Shown piece after piece: positions 23,796 to 33,237 of a stretch of DNA of 33,237 bases. The stretch is from positions 1-33,237 of the IMG/VR virus record IMGVR_UViG_3300020045_002248. One strand, written 5' to 3'. A program made the position numbers and the translations under genes. This DNA comes from a virus. Its lineage: Duplodnaviria > Caudoviricetes. Numbering within the stretch: the first letter of the stretch is position 1; the number at the start of each line of letters is the position of its first letter. The notes under the pieces were generated by a model. The model was not told the DNA's origin. It was given only the letters and a program-made list of their open reading frames with translations, and ran no database searches.

Positions 23796-24039
23796 ACTTG
23801 ATCGCAACACTCAAGTTGTAGACGAAGCTGGGCGCCCAACGCAACCGCTACAGATCTTCAGTGAGGAAGTATCAAGGCTTCCCCCGATATTTGGATCAGG
23901 ATCACCTGTAGGCGCAGTAGAAGCAAGAGCGGGCAGGACTTACATAGACACCACTGACGACACAAAGATCTATTTTAAAATGGTAGATTCTGTTGGTGGC
24001 GATAAAACACTCGGCTGGAAATACGCGGCACTATTATGA
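23788..24039 (+). CDS. small tail protein
   Basis: GTG 23788; VD..GRPT, GSGSP.G.V.A..G..Y.D......Y.K.....GW motif. Confidence 0.7.
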   Translation: MRRLDRNTQVVDEAGRPTQPLQIFSEEVSRLPPIFGSGSPVGAVEARAGRTYIDTTDDTKIYFKMVDSVGGDKTLGWKYAALL

Positions 24040-24590
24040 TCATAATTGACAGCTTTCTAGAAAATTACAGCGAGCTAAAAAAGCATTCATTGTCGTGCTC
24101 ATTTTCTGACATTGTAAATCCGGTTGATGGCGTAGCTTACCCATTTATAAACAAAGACATTCCAGAATCCATAGTTAGTGAGGCACAAGAAAAACTATCA
24201 GAAATATTTGGCGATGTAAAAATTAACGCGATTTTTCTTCGCATGAGTCCTGCTGGGGTTGGTGTTCCGCACATGGCTCACACCGATATTAGCATGGGGC
24301 GCTATAGCCTAATGCTGTACCTGAATGATAAGGATGGTGCTGGTACTGGACTATTGACTCACAAGGAAACAGGAATAGCGTTTACCCCTGAGTCACAGTA
24401 TTTTGCGGATATTGTTATTGCTGATCAAAATAACTGCGATGCTTGGCACATTACCGAAATGGCGCACATGAAAGAGAACAGAGCGGCAATATTCGATGCA
24501 AATAGGTTTCATTGTGCATTGCCGGTTGGAGGATTTGGCGATAGCCAATCAGAATCAAGAATTGTACTCACGGTATTCTTTGATGATTAG
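24036..24590 (+). CDS. 2OG-Fe(II) oxygenase-like protein
   Basis: IIIDSFL, HTD (HxD), LYLN...GT, NRA.IFD...FH...., R.V. Confidence 0.7.
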   Translation: MIIIDSFLENYSELKKHSLSCSFSDIVNPVDGVAYPFINKDIPESIVSEAQEKLSEIFGDVKINAIFLRMSPAGVGVPHMAHTDISMGRYSLMLYLNDKDGAGTGLLTHKETGIAFTPESQYFADIVIADQNNCDAWHITEMAHMKENRAAIFDANRFHCALPVGGFGDSQSESRIVLTVFFDD

Positions 24591-25014
24591 AAAAGCAGAT
24601 AAATTTGATTTTGAGGCAATTCTTGATCTTTCCGAAGAATTCTGGAAAAGCACAATTTACACTGAAAAATTTGACCGAGACCACACAAAAGTAATGGTTG
24701 AAATGGCTCATTCCTGCGGGCTTTTGGCCGTTATTGATTTGGGTGGCGTAGTTGGATTTTGTGCTGCTGTTAAAGCTCCTATTATTGGGTCGCCATTGGC
24801 ATTGGGCGCAACAGAGTTGGCGTGGTACGTAAAGCCTGACCATAGGGGTGGAAGGAAAGGCATAGAGCTAATGAAGTTCATGGAGGATTTAGCTGCTGAC
24901 GAAGGTGTAAAATATTTCACAATGGTCGCTATGCACTCTAGCATGGAGGTTGGCTCGATATACGAGCGACTTGGGTACAAAAAATCTGAAACAAGCTACA
25001 CAAAGGTGCTTTGA
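24583..25014 (+). CDS. GNAT-family acetyltransferase
   Basis: ATG 24583; IRKA...D, ELAWYV.P.HRG...G..L, YERLGY. Confidence 0.85.
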   Translation: MIRKADKFDFEAILDLSEEFWKSTIYTEKFDRDHTKVMVEMAHSCGLLAVIDLGGVVGFCAAVKAPIIGSPLALGATELAWYVKPDHRGGRKGIELMKFMEDLAADEGVKYFTMVAMHSSMEVGSIYERLGYKKSETSYTKVL

Positions 25015-25015
25015 T

Positions 25016-25534
25016 ATGGCAGTTACTACAGCATTAGTGGCAACAACCGCATATGGCGCATACTCATCAAAGCGCGCATCTGACAAGCAAGTTGATGCAA
25101 CCAACAAAGGCATATCTCAAACAAATGCTATGGCGGCGCAGTCGCGAAAGGACGCCATCCAGCTCTATAACCAAGCTCGTCAATCTGGGCAGCGCGGACT
25201 TACATCTGCTTTTAATTTTTATCAACAAGCAGCCCCGTCCAAGTATTCGCCAATCACCCAATCTGGCGTAGCGGCGCAAAGAGTAATTGGGCAAGGTGCG
25301 CAACAAGCAAGCAATGCGATCCTAGGCCTTCCTGTAGACATGAGCTTTACTGATCCGCAGCAAATAAATCCTGATTTGTCATTTATTCAAAATGCTCAGT
25401 TGCCAGAAATGACTGGGGAGTATTTGCCAGCAAGTCAATCAAGCCAAGTGCAGCCAGCCGTATCTGGTATAGCAAGAGAATTGGCACAAAATGCAGTTAG
25501 CGGGCGCGGCGGAAGATTTGGAGGTTTAAGATGA
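25016..25534 (+). CDS. internal virion/ejection protein (P22 gp7-like position)
   Basis: ATG 25016; Ala/Gly-rich N-terminus GAYSSKRA...Q; follows GNAT as in P22/T7-like modules. Confidence 0.65.
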   Translation: MAVTTALVATTAYGAYSSKRASDKQVDATNKGISQTNAMAAQSRKDAIQLYNQARQSGQRGLTSAFNFYQQAAPSKYSPITQSGVAAQRVIGQGAQQASNAILGLPVDMSFTDPQQINPDLSFIQNAQLPEMTGEYLPASQSSQVQPAVSGIARELAQNAVSGRGGRFGGLR

Positions 25535-26736
25535 TAGGCTATCAACAGCCAGTAGGAATGATTGGCGGAATGCCTGCTGGAGCTGCGATTACATCGGTGC
25601 AGCCCGGGATATCTTCAGTTAACCCAGCGATTACGTCAAATACAACTGTCGCGCCAGTGGCTGTCCAGCAGGCAATGGCTCCAGCACAAACTGGCGCGCC
25701 ACCAATTGGATTGATAGGGTCAGAGCAGGCTCTTAATCAAGGTAAAACAGCGGCAGAGCAGGCGCTTGAGGAATCGTATTGGGCGGCGCGTAACGAGTCG
25801 GCAAATTACAGAAAGGCGCTGAATAACCGCAGCTTATCACTTGATGCTACACCAAGCGCTGATGTAATTAATCCGCTGAATGAAGCGGCTGCTAATTTTG
25901 ATCCGTACATGAAAACCGGGCAGTCTGCCGATAAGCTTTATGCAGATTTGACCGGAAGTAATGGACCAGAAGCTCAGGCTGCTGCTCAGGCTGCTTACGA
26001 GTCATCGCCTGCGCTGCAGTACCAGATTGACCAAATGCAAAAGGTCACCGAGCGTAGCGCTGCTGCAAGGGGTGGATTGCTTGGTGGGAGAGTAGCTCTT
26101 GAGTTGCAGAAAAACGCACAAGGCTTGGCCTCTCAGGATTACTTTAAAAACTTGAGCGCTTTGGACGCGCAGGCAAATAGGGGTATTACTGCCGCTGGTC
26201 AGGTTGGGAATATCAGATCAACACAGGCCGGTATAGCTGGCAATCTTCAGGCTCAGAAAATGCAGGCTCAGGCAGAATATGAGATGCAGAAGGAGCAGAT
26301 CAGAAATGATGTTGCCGGGCGCCTTACAAATCTGGCAGAGAATTACGGAATCAATAAGGCCGGCCTTAATACTGGATTCAGTCAAGCGGTTGCCGGTGGG
26401 CGACAAGATGCAGGCTACGCAATTGCCCAGAATGCAAATCAGGCTGCAAGCAACATCTCATCAATTTTGCAGAATCAAGGTATTCAGGTTAGTGAGATGA
26501 TGGGCAAGGATATTGCCTCGTTAACTGATATGATTTACCAATCAGGAATGCAGGATAAGGCTGATATGCAAAATTTGGCTGCAATATTGGCAAACATTAC
26601 TGGCGGTCAGGCATCAAATATCATGCAAGGCCAGCAAACTATTGGCGCGGCTCAGGCTGGCGGTACGGTGGGTGCAGCAAATGCAATCACTCAGGGTCTT
26701 GGCATGTATCTTAGCCAAACTGGAGGCAAAAAATGA
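25531..26736 (+). CDS. DNA ejection/transfer protein
   Basis: PY...G, SP..QY, ERSAAARGGL.GG.....L....QGLASQ motif; Ala/Gln/Gly-rich. Confidence 0.75.
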   Translation: MIGYQQPVGMIGGMPAGAAITSVQPGISSVNPAITSNTTVAPVAVQQAMAPAQTGAPPIGLIGSEQALNQGKTAAEQALEESYWAARNESANYRKALNNRSLSLDATPSADVINPLNEAAANFDPYMKTGQSADKLYADLTGSNGPEAQAAAQAAYESSPALQYQIDQMQKVTERSAAARGGLLGGRVALELQKNAQGLASQDYFKNLSALDAQANRGITAAGQVGNIRSTQAGIAGNLQAQKMQAQAEYEMQKEQIRNDVAGRLTNLAENYGINKAGLNTGFSQAVAGGRQDAGYAIAQNANQAASNISSILQNQGIQVSEMMGKDIASLTDMIYQSGMQDKADMQNLAAILANITGGQASNIMQGQQTIGAAQAGGTVGAANAITQGLGMYLSQTGGKK

Positions 26737-27893
26737 TCGGAAACTACAGCATAGATATGTCTCCAATCGCCCAAGGCTTAAACATGCGGGCGGCGAACAT
26801 TGAGGCTGAGAAAAAGCGTCAAGCTGATCTCGAAATCAGAAAGCTGGTTGCCAAATCAATTCCCACTTTGCGCGAAGGCTCTCCGATGCGCCAATTGTTT
26901 GAGGCTGATCCGCAAACTGGCGCATTTTTGGCTAAAGCGCTTAATATTCCATTAAACAATCTTGACGATATGGAGCAGTTCTCGCAAAACGTCAGGACAA
27001 TGGCGGGAATCGCATCAAAAGATCCTGCTGGTGCCGCTGCAATTGCCCAAAAGCTCCGAGATGATCGCGCTCAGATCGGACAAGATACATCAATGTACGA
27101 CAAATTCCTGAATACTTATCAGGAAAGCCCAGAAATGGCGGTTCGTGCATTAAATGTGATGGACGAAACGCTTAACAAGGATTTGATTGATGCCGAGAAA
27201 CTTAATGAACGCAAGATGAAGCTGCAAGAGCGCGGGCTTGATATTCAGGAGAGGCAGCTTGATCAGGGAAAAAGACCGTTTGCCGGCCAAGTTGTTAATA
27301 CTTCTGAGGGGCTTACTGTTTTTGACCCTACAACCAATACATTCCAAAGAGCTACCATTGATGGAAAGCCACTTACTGGGGCGGCTTATGACCCTGACCT
27401 TAAACGCCAAATAAGTGAAGCTGGCGCTACCGGCACAGCGGTAGGCAAGGATACTGCAGGTGCAATAACAAGCGTTTCGCAGGTCGAGGATAACGCAAAA
27501 TTCTTACGGCAAAAAGTTGATGAAGTCCTTAAGCACCCGGGTAGAGAGATAGCCACTGGCGCAACCTCATTGCTTCCAGTTGTGCCAGGCACCAAGGCAG
27601 CTGATTTTGTTAGCAGGTTTGATCAGCTTCAGGGAGATGCGTTTCTTCAGGCATTTCAGGCGCTCAAGGGTGCTGGGCAAATTACAGAAATTGAAGGGCA
27701 AAAAGCCACTCAGGCAATTAATCGCATGAGTAGAAACACCTCAGCTAAAGAATTTGATGCTGCAGCAAAAGATTTCCTATCAGTTGTTGATGCTGCAGAG
27801 AAAAGGATTAAACAAAAGGCTGGCGCTGACGATCAATCAGGTGGTGGCGAAACAGCCGCTCAAAGATTAGCGAGGTTACGCGGTGGCAACTAG
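26733..27893 (+). CDS. DNA ejection protein (gp20-like position)
   Basis: Helical; FLQAFQ.LKG.G.ITE.EG.KA motif; module position. Confidence 0.65.
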   Translation: MIGNYSIDMSPIAQGLNMRAANIEAEKKRQADLEIRKLVAKSIPTLREGSPMRQLFEADPQTGAFLAKALNIPLNNLDDMEQFSQNVRTMAGIASKDPAGAAAIAQKLRDDRAQIGQDTSMYDKFLNTYQESPEMAVRALNVMDETLNKDLIDAEKLNERKMKLQERGLDIQERQLDQGKRPFAGQVVNTSEGLTVFDPTTNTFQRATIDGKPLTGAAYDPDLKRQISEAGATGTAVGKDTAGAITSVSQVEDNAKFLRQKVDEVLKHPGREIATGATSLLPVVPGTKAADFVSRFDQLQGDAFLQAFQALKGAGQITEIEGQKATQAINRMSRNTSAKEFDAAAKDFLSVVDAAEKRIKQKAGADDQSGGGETAAQRLARLRGGN

Positions 27894-29868
27894 ACAAGAG
27901 TATCTTGATATTGCTGAGCAGGCATTGCGAGAAGGTGATGATGCTACAGCGATGGCCGCTATGGATGAAGCCGAAAAGCTTTCCTCTACTCAGCCTCAGC
28001 AGCCACAAGAAAAAGGCCTGTTGCAGCAAGCGGGTGACGTTGCACTTGAGGGTATGGCAGCGGTAAACCGTGGCGCTGCGGGGATTGTTGATTTTGCTAT
28101 GACGCCGGTTAATGCTGCTATGGAATTGGCTGGTAGTGATGTGCGCGTGCCAAGCGCAGTACAGGCTCTTGCTCCAGCAACTCAAGGCAATTTCATGGAG
28201 GCTGGTCTAGGCCGCGATGTTGTACGCGCTGCAGGTGAGGCTGTACCCGCTGCATTGGCTACTGGTGCCGCCATTAGAACTGCCGCTCAACAACTTCCCG
28301 CAATGGCGTCTGGCGCTGAATCTGTAGGGGCTGGTGCACTTCGCCAAATGGGATCATCTACTGCAGCTCAGGACGCCATCTACGGTGGCATATCTGGTGC
28401 GGGCGCGGCTGTTGGACAAGATGTTGGTGGCGATAACGGCGCAATGATTGGTGCTATTGCTGCGCCAGCCGGTGTGGCTCTTGCTGGGCAAGGTATGGCG
28501 GCAATGGTTAAATCGATATTTGCCAACCCATCCACTGGGGCTGCTGCAAAAACAATTGATGACTTCGCTGCATTTGGTGAGACTCCCACTGTTGGGATGG
28601 CTAGTGGAAAGGAAGGGCTGCAAAGCGCTGAGACAATATCAAAAAGCACCATTGGCGGCGGCGCACTTCGCAGCAGGTCGGATTCAATAGCGGCAAACAT
28701 GCAGAAAAGGCTTGCCCAAATAGCTGACGATCTGAGCACAAAAGAAGGTGCGGAGGCGGCAGGGCTTGAGATTAAAAAAGGAATTCAAGGCAAGGGTGGA
28801 TTTCTTGATCGCTTCCGCGAGACGTCATCTGTTTTATGGAATAAGTCAGATTCAATGATTGACCCTGCCACACCTGTTACGCTTGATAACACCAAGGCAA
28901 TTTTGGGTCAGCTGGTTCGCGGCGATAAGGTTGGCGAGATTCTTGATAACCCTAAGTTGGTTCAATTGAGCCAGGTTTTGGATTCTGGCGAGCCAATCGA
29001 TTACAGCACATTAAAAAGCCTGCGATCATCAATAGGCCAAAAAATTGGTAACAATGAGCTGATTAGCGATATCCCACGCGCAGAGCTTAAGCGTGTTTAT
29101 GGGGCGTTAAGCGAAGACATAAAAACGGCTGCAGCACAAAATGGTGATGAAGCACTAAAAGCATTTGAGCGCGCCAATAAATTTACAAGATCAGGACATG
29201 AACGTATTGATAACTACATCGAGCGTATTGTAAGCAAGACCGATCCAGACAAGGTTTTCGATGCTTTAACCAAGGGCGGTGAAGGAACCAAGACCATCAA
29301 CGCACTGAAGCGAAGCCTAAAGGATGACGAGTGGGAAGTTGTTGCATCCAATGTTATTCGCAAGATGGGTCGGTCAACTTCAGGCAATCAAACAGCCGAA
29401 GGCGATGCGTTTTCTGTTGATAAATTTGTCACTGATTGGGATAAGCTAGGCAAGGCAAAGAATGCGCTATTTTCTGGCTCTGATAAGCTGGAGTCATACG
29501 CTGATGATCTGTCAAAGATTGCAAGAGCCGCAAGCACAGTTAAGCAGTCAAGCAAGCAGGCTGCAAACTATAGCGGCACAGCACAGGCGGCATCAAGGCT
29601 TGCTGCGGGTACAGGGCTTGCAACAGGCGTATTGAGTGGAAGCCCTACGCTGCTTGGTTTGACCGCTGGAAGTATTGCAATGAACACTGGAGGTGCTAGA
29701 TTGATGAGCAATCCAAGGTTTGTTAAATGGCTTGCTCAAAGCGCAAAGATTCCAACAAGAAACTCTGCCGCAGCTATTGCAGCCCTATCAAGCGTTGCAA
29801 ATCAATCGTCCGCAGATGATGCGGCTGTAATCCAGCAATTGGCCGAAGAATTGGAGCAAAATAAATGA
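27883..29868 (+). CDS. large DNA ejection protein (gp16-like position)
   Basis: 661 aa, Ala/Gly-rich helical protein; RL..NP.FV.WL near the C-terminus. Confidence 0.7.
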   Translation: MATRQEYLDIAEQALREGDDATAMAAMDEAEKLSSTQPQQPQEKGLLQQAGDVALEGMAAVNRGAAGIVDFAMTPVNAAMELAGSDVRVPSAVQALAPATQGNFMEAGLGRDVVRAAGEAVPAALATGAAIRTAAQQLPAMASGAESVGAGALRQMGSSTAAQDAIYGGISGAGAAVGQDVGGDNGAMIGAIAAPAGVALAGQGMAAMVKSIFANPSTGAAAKTIDDFAAFGETPTVGMASGKEGLQSAETISKSTIGGGALRSRSDSIAANMQKRLAQIADDLSTKEGAEAAGLEIKKGIQGKGGFLDRFRETSSVLWNKSDSMIDPATPVTLDNTKAILGQLVRGDKVGEILDNPKLVQLSQVLDSGEPIDYSTLKSLRSSIGQKIGNNELISDIPRAELKRVYGALSEDIKTAAAQNGDEALKAFERANKFTRSGHERIDNYIERIVSKTDPDKVFDALTKGGEGTKTINALKRSLKDDEWEVVASNVIRKMGRSTSGNQTAEGDAFSVDKFVTDWDKLGKAKNALFSGSDKLESYADDLSKIARAASTVKQSSKQAANYSGTAQAASRLAAGTGLATGVLSGSPTLLGLTAGSIAMNTGGARLMSNPRFVKWLAQSAKIPTRNSAAAIAALSSVANQSSADDAAVIQQLAEELEQNK

Positions 29869-29942
29869 TAGAATTACTGGTAGCTGCCATCATATTTGTT
29901 TTTATTTGGGCGCCTGCATGGTGGCCGGAGGATAAGCAATGA
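29865..29942 (+). CDS. 25-aa single-TM peptide
   Basis: MIELLVAAIIFVFIWAPAWWPEDKQ; GGAG RBS; ATGA overlaps with both neighbours. Confidence 0.55.
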   Translation: MIELLVAAIIFVFIWAPAWWPEDKQ

Positions 29943-31795
29943 CCGAACGATTCTATCCGCCATTTGCGCGCTTCTTTACGTCAGATTTAAAGACGCTGCC
30001 CGGTGCGCTGCTGTACTTTTACGAAAACGGCACCACTACACCAAAGATTGTGTATCAGGACGTTGCAAAAACTACGCCTCACGCAAACCCTGTTGTCGCT
30101 GGAACGCTTGGCGCTGGTGCCGACCAATTCCCTGCTATTTTCTTGGATGGCACATACGCTGTAGAGCTTAAAAATGCTGCCGGTGTAACACAAGACGGAT
30201 GGCCTCAGAACAACGTTGGCGGCGAACAAGTAGAAGGGCAATTCGATAGCTACTCATCAATCACCAATTACACCATTGGGCGCATCGTTTCTGGCTCTGA
30301 TGGCCAATTTTATCAGTCGCAGTCTACCCCCAATTTAAACCGCGATCCTGTGCTTATCGCTAATCGCCCAACCTACTGGGTGCAGCTTCACCTTGAGCAA
30401 GAATACGACCCCGGCGCAACCTATGAGATAGGTCAGCAGGTTATTTATTCCGGTCTTGAGTATGTAGCTGTTGCGCAAACTACTGGCAACACCCCTGCAT
30501 CAACTAGTGCATTCTGGAAATTGGCTGCTGAGTTTTTCGCGTGGAATGCGTCAACTACTTACGCAAGCGGCGCGGCTGTTTACGTAGGATACAAAAAATA
30601 CATATCCCAGCAAAACACAAACCTAAACCACACTCCAGCTGATGCTGGTGATACTTGTATTGCTATTCCAAACAGCACGCCGAACGGATGGAATGTTGTT
30701 CATTATCAACGTAAAGACTTAGCCCCTGGCGCTGCTGATACTTCCGCTAGTTCGGTTAATCTGACCGGAACGATTGCAAGTGGTGTAACTGGTGTTACGC
30801 AAAGCCCTGGAGACAACAGCACTAAGATTGCTACTACTGCTTATGCAGATGCAGCTGTCGCTGCTGCAGGCTCTGGCGAATCAATTTTTGATGTTGACGC
30901 CTCTGTCGGGTCCAACGCCTTGACGATCACGATCAATGCGCAATCGATAAAATTTCGCAGCACGACCCTCACTGACGGAACCCCTGTAACTCGCACGATA
31001 GCTAGTCCAATAACGATGACGGTCTCTAGCGGCTCAACGCTTGGGACTATCAGTGGAGTCCAGTCCGATATTCTGATTGTCGCAATTGACAACGCCGGGA
31101 CCGTAGAAGTCGCCTGTATTAACTTTGCTGGCAATACAGACGTTTCTGAAACAGGACTTATCAGCACGACGGCGGAAGGCGGTGCCGGGGCGGCTGACAG
31201 TGCTACTGTCTTTTACTCAACTACCGCTAGATCAGACGTTGCGTATAGAGTTGTCGGACTCATAAGAAGCACACAGGCAACAGCAGGAACGTGGGCGACG
31301 ACTCTGAGCCTTGTTCAGGGGAAGGGCGGCAACTCATCGTTCTTAATGATGAGCGTAGGTTACGGACGAAGCGTCCTATTCACTACGGTTGCGACCACAA
31401 GCGGAACAACTGCCGAATTTACAGGTATCCCGAGTACTGCTAAAAAATTGACACTTATGTTCAATGGGCAGGGTAATGCTACGACTAATGCTGGAAATCG
31501 ATTAATCCAGCTTGGAGATTCTGGTGGCTATGAAACAACAGGATATGCCGGCGAAGATACAAGCGGCTTTAGTTTTGGTGTTGTCGTCCTGCAACCTACA
31601 TATGGGCATATCCAAATCACAAAATTCAGCCCAACAGCAAATACATGGGTTGCATCTGGAAATCTTGTTCAAGGATTCAATTGGGGTGATATCCCTGTTG
31701 CTGGAAGTAAGACACTATCCGCAACTCTGGACAGAATCAGAATCAATAACCCCGAAACCATGAACGCTGGCTCTATCGGCCTCATGGTTGAATGA
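29939..31795 (+). CDS. tail fibre/tailspike
   Basis: Virion-anchor N-terminus (L.G..LYFY..GTTTP...Y.D......NPV); three (W/Y)....Y..G..V....Y repeats; DNSTKIATTAY motif; Thr/Ser/Gly-rich C-terminal domains. Confidence 0.85.
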   Translation: MTERFYPPFARFFTSDLKTLPGALLYFYENGTTTPKIVYQDVAKTTPHANPVVAGTLGAGADQFPAIFLDGTYAVELKNAAGVTQDGWPQNNVGGEQVEGQFDSYSSITNYTIGRIVSGSDGQFYQSQSTPNLNRDPVLIANRPTYWVQLHLEQEYDPGATYEIGQQVIYSGLEYVAVAQTTGNTPASTSAFWKLAAEFFAWNASTTYASGAAVYVGYKKYISQQNTNLNHTPADAGDTCIAIPNSTPNGWNVVHYQRKDLAPGAADTSASSVNLTGTIASGVTGVTQSPGDNSTKIATTAYADAAVAAAGSGESIFDVDASVGSNALTITINAQSIKFRSTTLTDGTPVTRTIASPITMTVSSGSTLGTISGVQSDILIVAIDNAGTVEVACINFAGNTDVSETGLISTTAEGGAGAADSATVFYSTTARSDVAYRVVGLIRSTQATAGTWATTLSLVQGKGGNSSFLMMSVGYGRSVLFTTVATTSGTTAEFTGIPSTAKKLTLMFNGQGNATTNAGNRLIQLGDSGGYETTGYAGEDTSGFSFGVVVLQPTYGHIQITKFSPTANTWVASGNLVQGFNWGDIPVAGSKTLSATLDRIRINNPETMNAGSIGLMVE

Positions 31796-32178
31796 ACCAG
31801 CTTGCCAAGCTCTTGGAAAAGCGCCTTGAAGAAAAAGGCGCAGACGTAAAGGATAACTATCTCCTAATGGCCCCTGATATGGGCGGAGACTTCAAGAGCA
31901 AGAGTCGTTCTGTACGGTTTGGAGAGTTGCTTGGTGAATACGGAAAATACTCAACTAACGAGGGACGTAACTACTACGGATACGCGGGCATGCAGCCATG
32001 GAACATTGACAAGCTAAGACTAGGCGGGGCGTTGGGTTTATACGGCAATTCTAGAGAAATCAACCCGCTTGCAGGGCTTTTAGTTTCGTACCCGATTCAT
32101 AATGGAGAGGCGAGGCTCTTGCTCTCCCCTGGTAAAGACGGCCCAGCTATATTTTTTGGACTGGAGAAGAAGTTTTGA
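31792..32178 (+). CDS. hypothetical protein with beta-barrel-like C-terminus
   Basis: Alternating hydrophobic/Gly strands, ends FFGLEKKF. Confidence 0.55.
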   Translation: MNQLAKLLEKRLEEKGADVKDNYLLMAPDMGGDFKSKSRSVRFGELLGEYGKYSTNEGRNYYGYAGMQPWNIDKLRLGGALGLYGNSREINPLAGLLVSYPIHNGEARLLLSPGKDGPAIFFGLEKKF

Positions 32179-32627
32179 AAGTTGCGCATTTTATCGGAAA
32201 GCACACCAAAGACACGCCAAGCGTCCGTCTCGGGTGGTTCCTGACTCGCCTTGTCCAAAAGGGCAAGTATAAGCAAGTCACCCACTGCGAGGCAATCCTT
32301 GAAGAACACGGGGACGGCAGCGTAACAATCGGATCGTCTAGTCTGCGTGACGGTGGGGTGCGAACAAAGCGCTGCTTCCTGACGCCTGAAAATTGGCTGA
32401 TCATGGATGTGCCTCAGTGGGATTCAGCTAAGGCGGCGGTTTGGTTTGCCGAGCATGACGGCGAGAAATACGACCTACGTGGAGCCTTTGCTAGCTGGCT
32501 TCCTATCTCTTGGAGTGGCTATAACGAGTGGTTCTGCAATGAATCCGTGGCCGCTTCTGTAGGCATCGAGAGCCCGGAGATTTTCGGGCCTGCTCAGTTT
32601 GCGGCCATCTGTTCTAGTCTCAAATGA
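32175..32627 (+). CDS. permuted papain-like (NlpC/P60 superfamily) protein
   Basis: THCE (His) precedes G.KYD..G and WFCNE (Cys); SS.RDGGVR.K. Confidence 0.75.
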   Translation: MKVAHFIGKHTKDTPSVRLGWFLTRLVQKGKYKQVTHCEAILEEHGDGSVTIGSSSLRDGGVRTKRCFLTPENWLIMDVPQWDSAKAAVWFAEHDGEKYDLRGAFASWLPISWSGYNEWFCNESVAASVGIESPEIFGPAQFAAICSSLK

Positions 32628-32848
32628 AGCACCTCAAAGACATGAAGAGCTGGTCCATCGCTTTTATTGAAAGCCTTGGCATCTTCCTTTTCAACGCAGT
32701 CTTTGTGCAGAGCTTTTACACTGCCTTGGGAGAGTCCGTTTCATCCAGCAGTGTCCTGATCGTAAGTGGTGGGCTGTTCGTTCTTCGGATGGTCTGGTTT
32801 TATCTAAACCTTAGAATACGCCTGTACCTAGAAAAGAGTGGACCATGA
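32624..32848 (+). CDS. small two-TM membrane protein
   Basis: Two hydrophobic segments; ATGA overlaps. Confidence 0.6.
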   Translation: MKHLKDMKSWSIAFIESLGIFLFNAVFVQSFYTALGESVSSSSVLIVSGGLFVLRMVWFYLNLRIRLYLEKSGP

Positions 32849-33219
32849 GACTAAAAAGAAAATTGATCGTCCTGCTTGCCTATGCGGCGGCGTCAAAACA
32901 TGCCATCGCAGCCTCTGGAACTGCGGCTGTCTCTGGCGCTACTGCTGCCGTCCTGACATCGCATGACTGGATGACATGGGCTGTTTCAGGTATTGGGGCC
33001 GTGGCCTATCGTCTACGTCATCCAGAAGTCAAGAAAGTCGTTTCCGTAAGCAACGGCATCATTTCTGTCTTTCTCGGTGGACTTGGCGCACCATGGCTAG
33101 TTACTGTCGCAGTTCCGGGGGTAACCCAACCCCCTTTGTATCTAGCCGCCTTTCTAGTGGCTTTGCTCTGGCCGTATATGTGGGATAAATACATGCCAGC
33201 CAAAAAGGATGAATCATGA
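32845..33219 (+). CDS. holin-like membrane protein
   Basis: About three TM segments, charged C-terminus (KKDES), lysis-cassette position; next ORF starts at 33216 and runs off the window. Confidence 0.55.
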   Translation: MRLKRKLIVLLAYAAASKHAIAASGTAAVSGATAAVLTSHDWMTWAVSGIGAVAYRLRHPEVKKVVSVSNGIISVFLGGLGAPWLVTVAVPGVTQPPLYLAAFLVALLWPYMWDKYMPAKKDES

Positions 33220-33237
33220 ACGAAGTCTTTGCAACAT

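Noticed and set aside
1-33237. Alternative genetic code / stop-codon recoding (suggested by the theta-like ribozyme)
   Set aside because: Long genes are intact in the standard code; TAG, TGA and TAA all terminate genes; no suppressor tRNA is visible.
1-33237. Integrase, CI repressor, Q antiterminator, endolysin
   Set aside because: No ORF with recognisable motifs in this window; they may lie outside it.

Overview
Most of this window (about 1085-33237) is a large part of a tailed-phage genome. It has lambdoid early/replication genes and a P22-like short-tail (podovirus-type) virion module. Gene order: back-to-back divergent sigma70 promoters, small early ORFs, Rha/antirepressor, DUF1376-type initiator plus P-like partner, NinB-like, Ntn-protease-like, RusA, an approximately 900-bp non-coding island, terminase small/large, portal, GroES-like, scaffold, major capsid, gp4/gp10-like tail proteins, 2OG-oxygenase-like and GNAT genes, four ejection proteins, tail fibre, a permuted papain-like protein and holin-like genes. 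The first ~1085 bp are visibly GC-richer structural genes of a different phage, joined at a 12-bp tandem repeat (probable assembly chimera). The most striking feature is the island at 10160-11040. Folded by eye, it is a promoter-driven array of structured RNAs: two copies of a GGCUGA/CAGC kissing-loop multi-stem motif, three tRNA-like cloverleafs that keep the acceptor stem and T-arm (two ending in CCA) but have no normal anticodon loop, GNRA hairpin spacers, and a candidate HDV-like (theta-type) ribozyme. All protein calls come from motif recognition and synteny only, and all RNA folds are manual. No searches were run.
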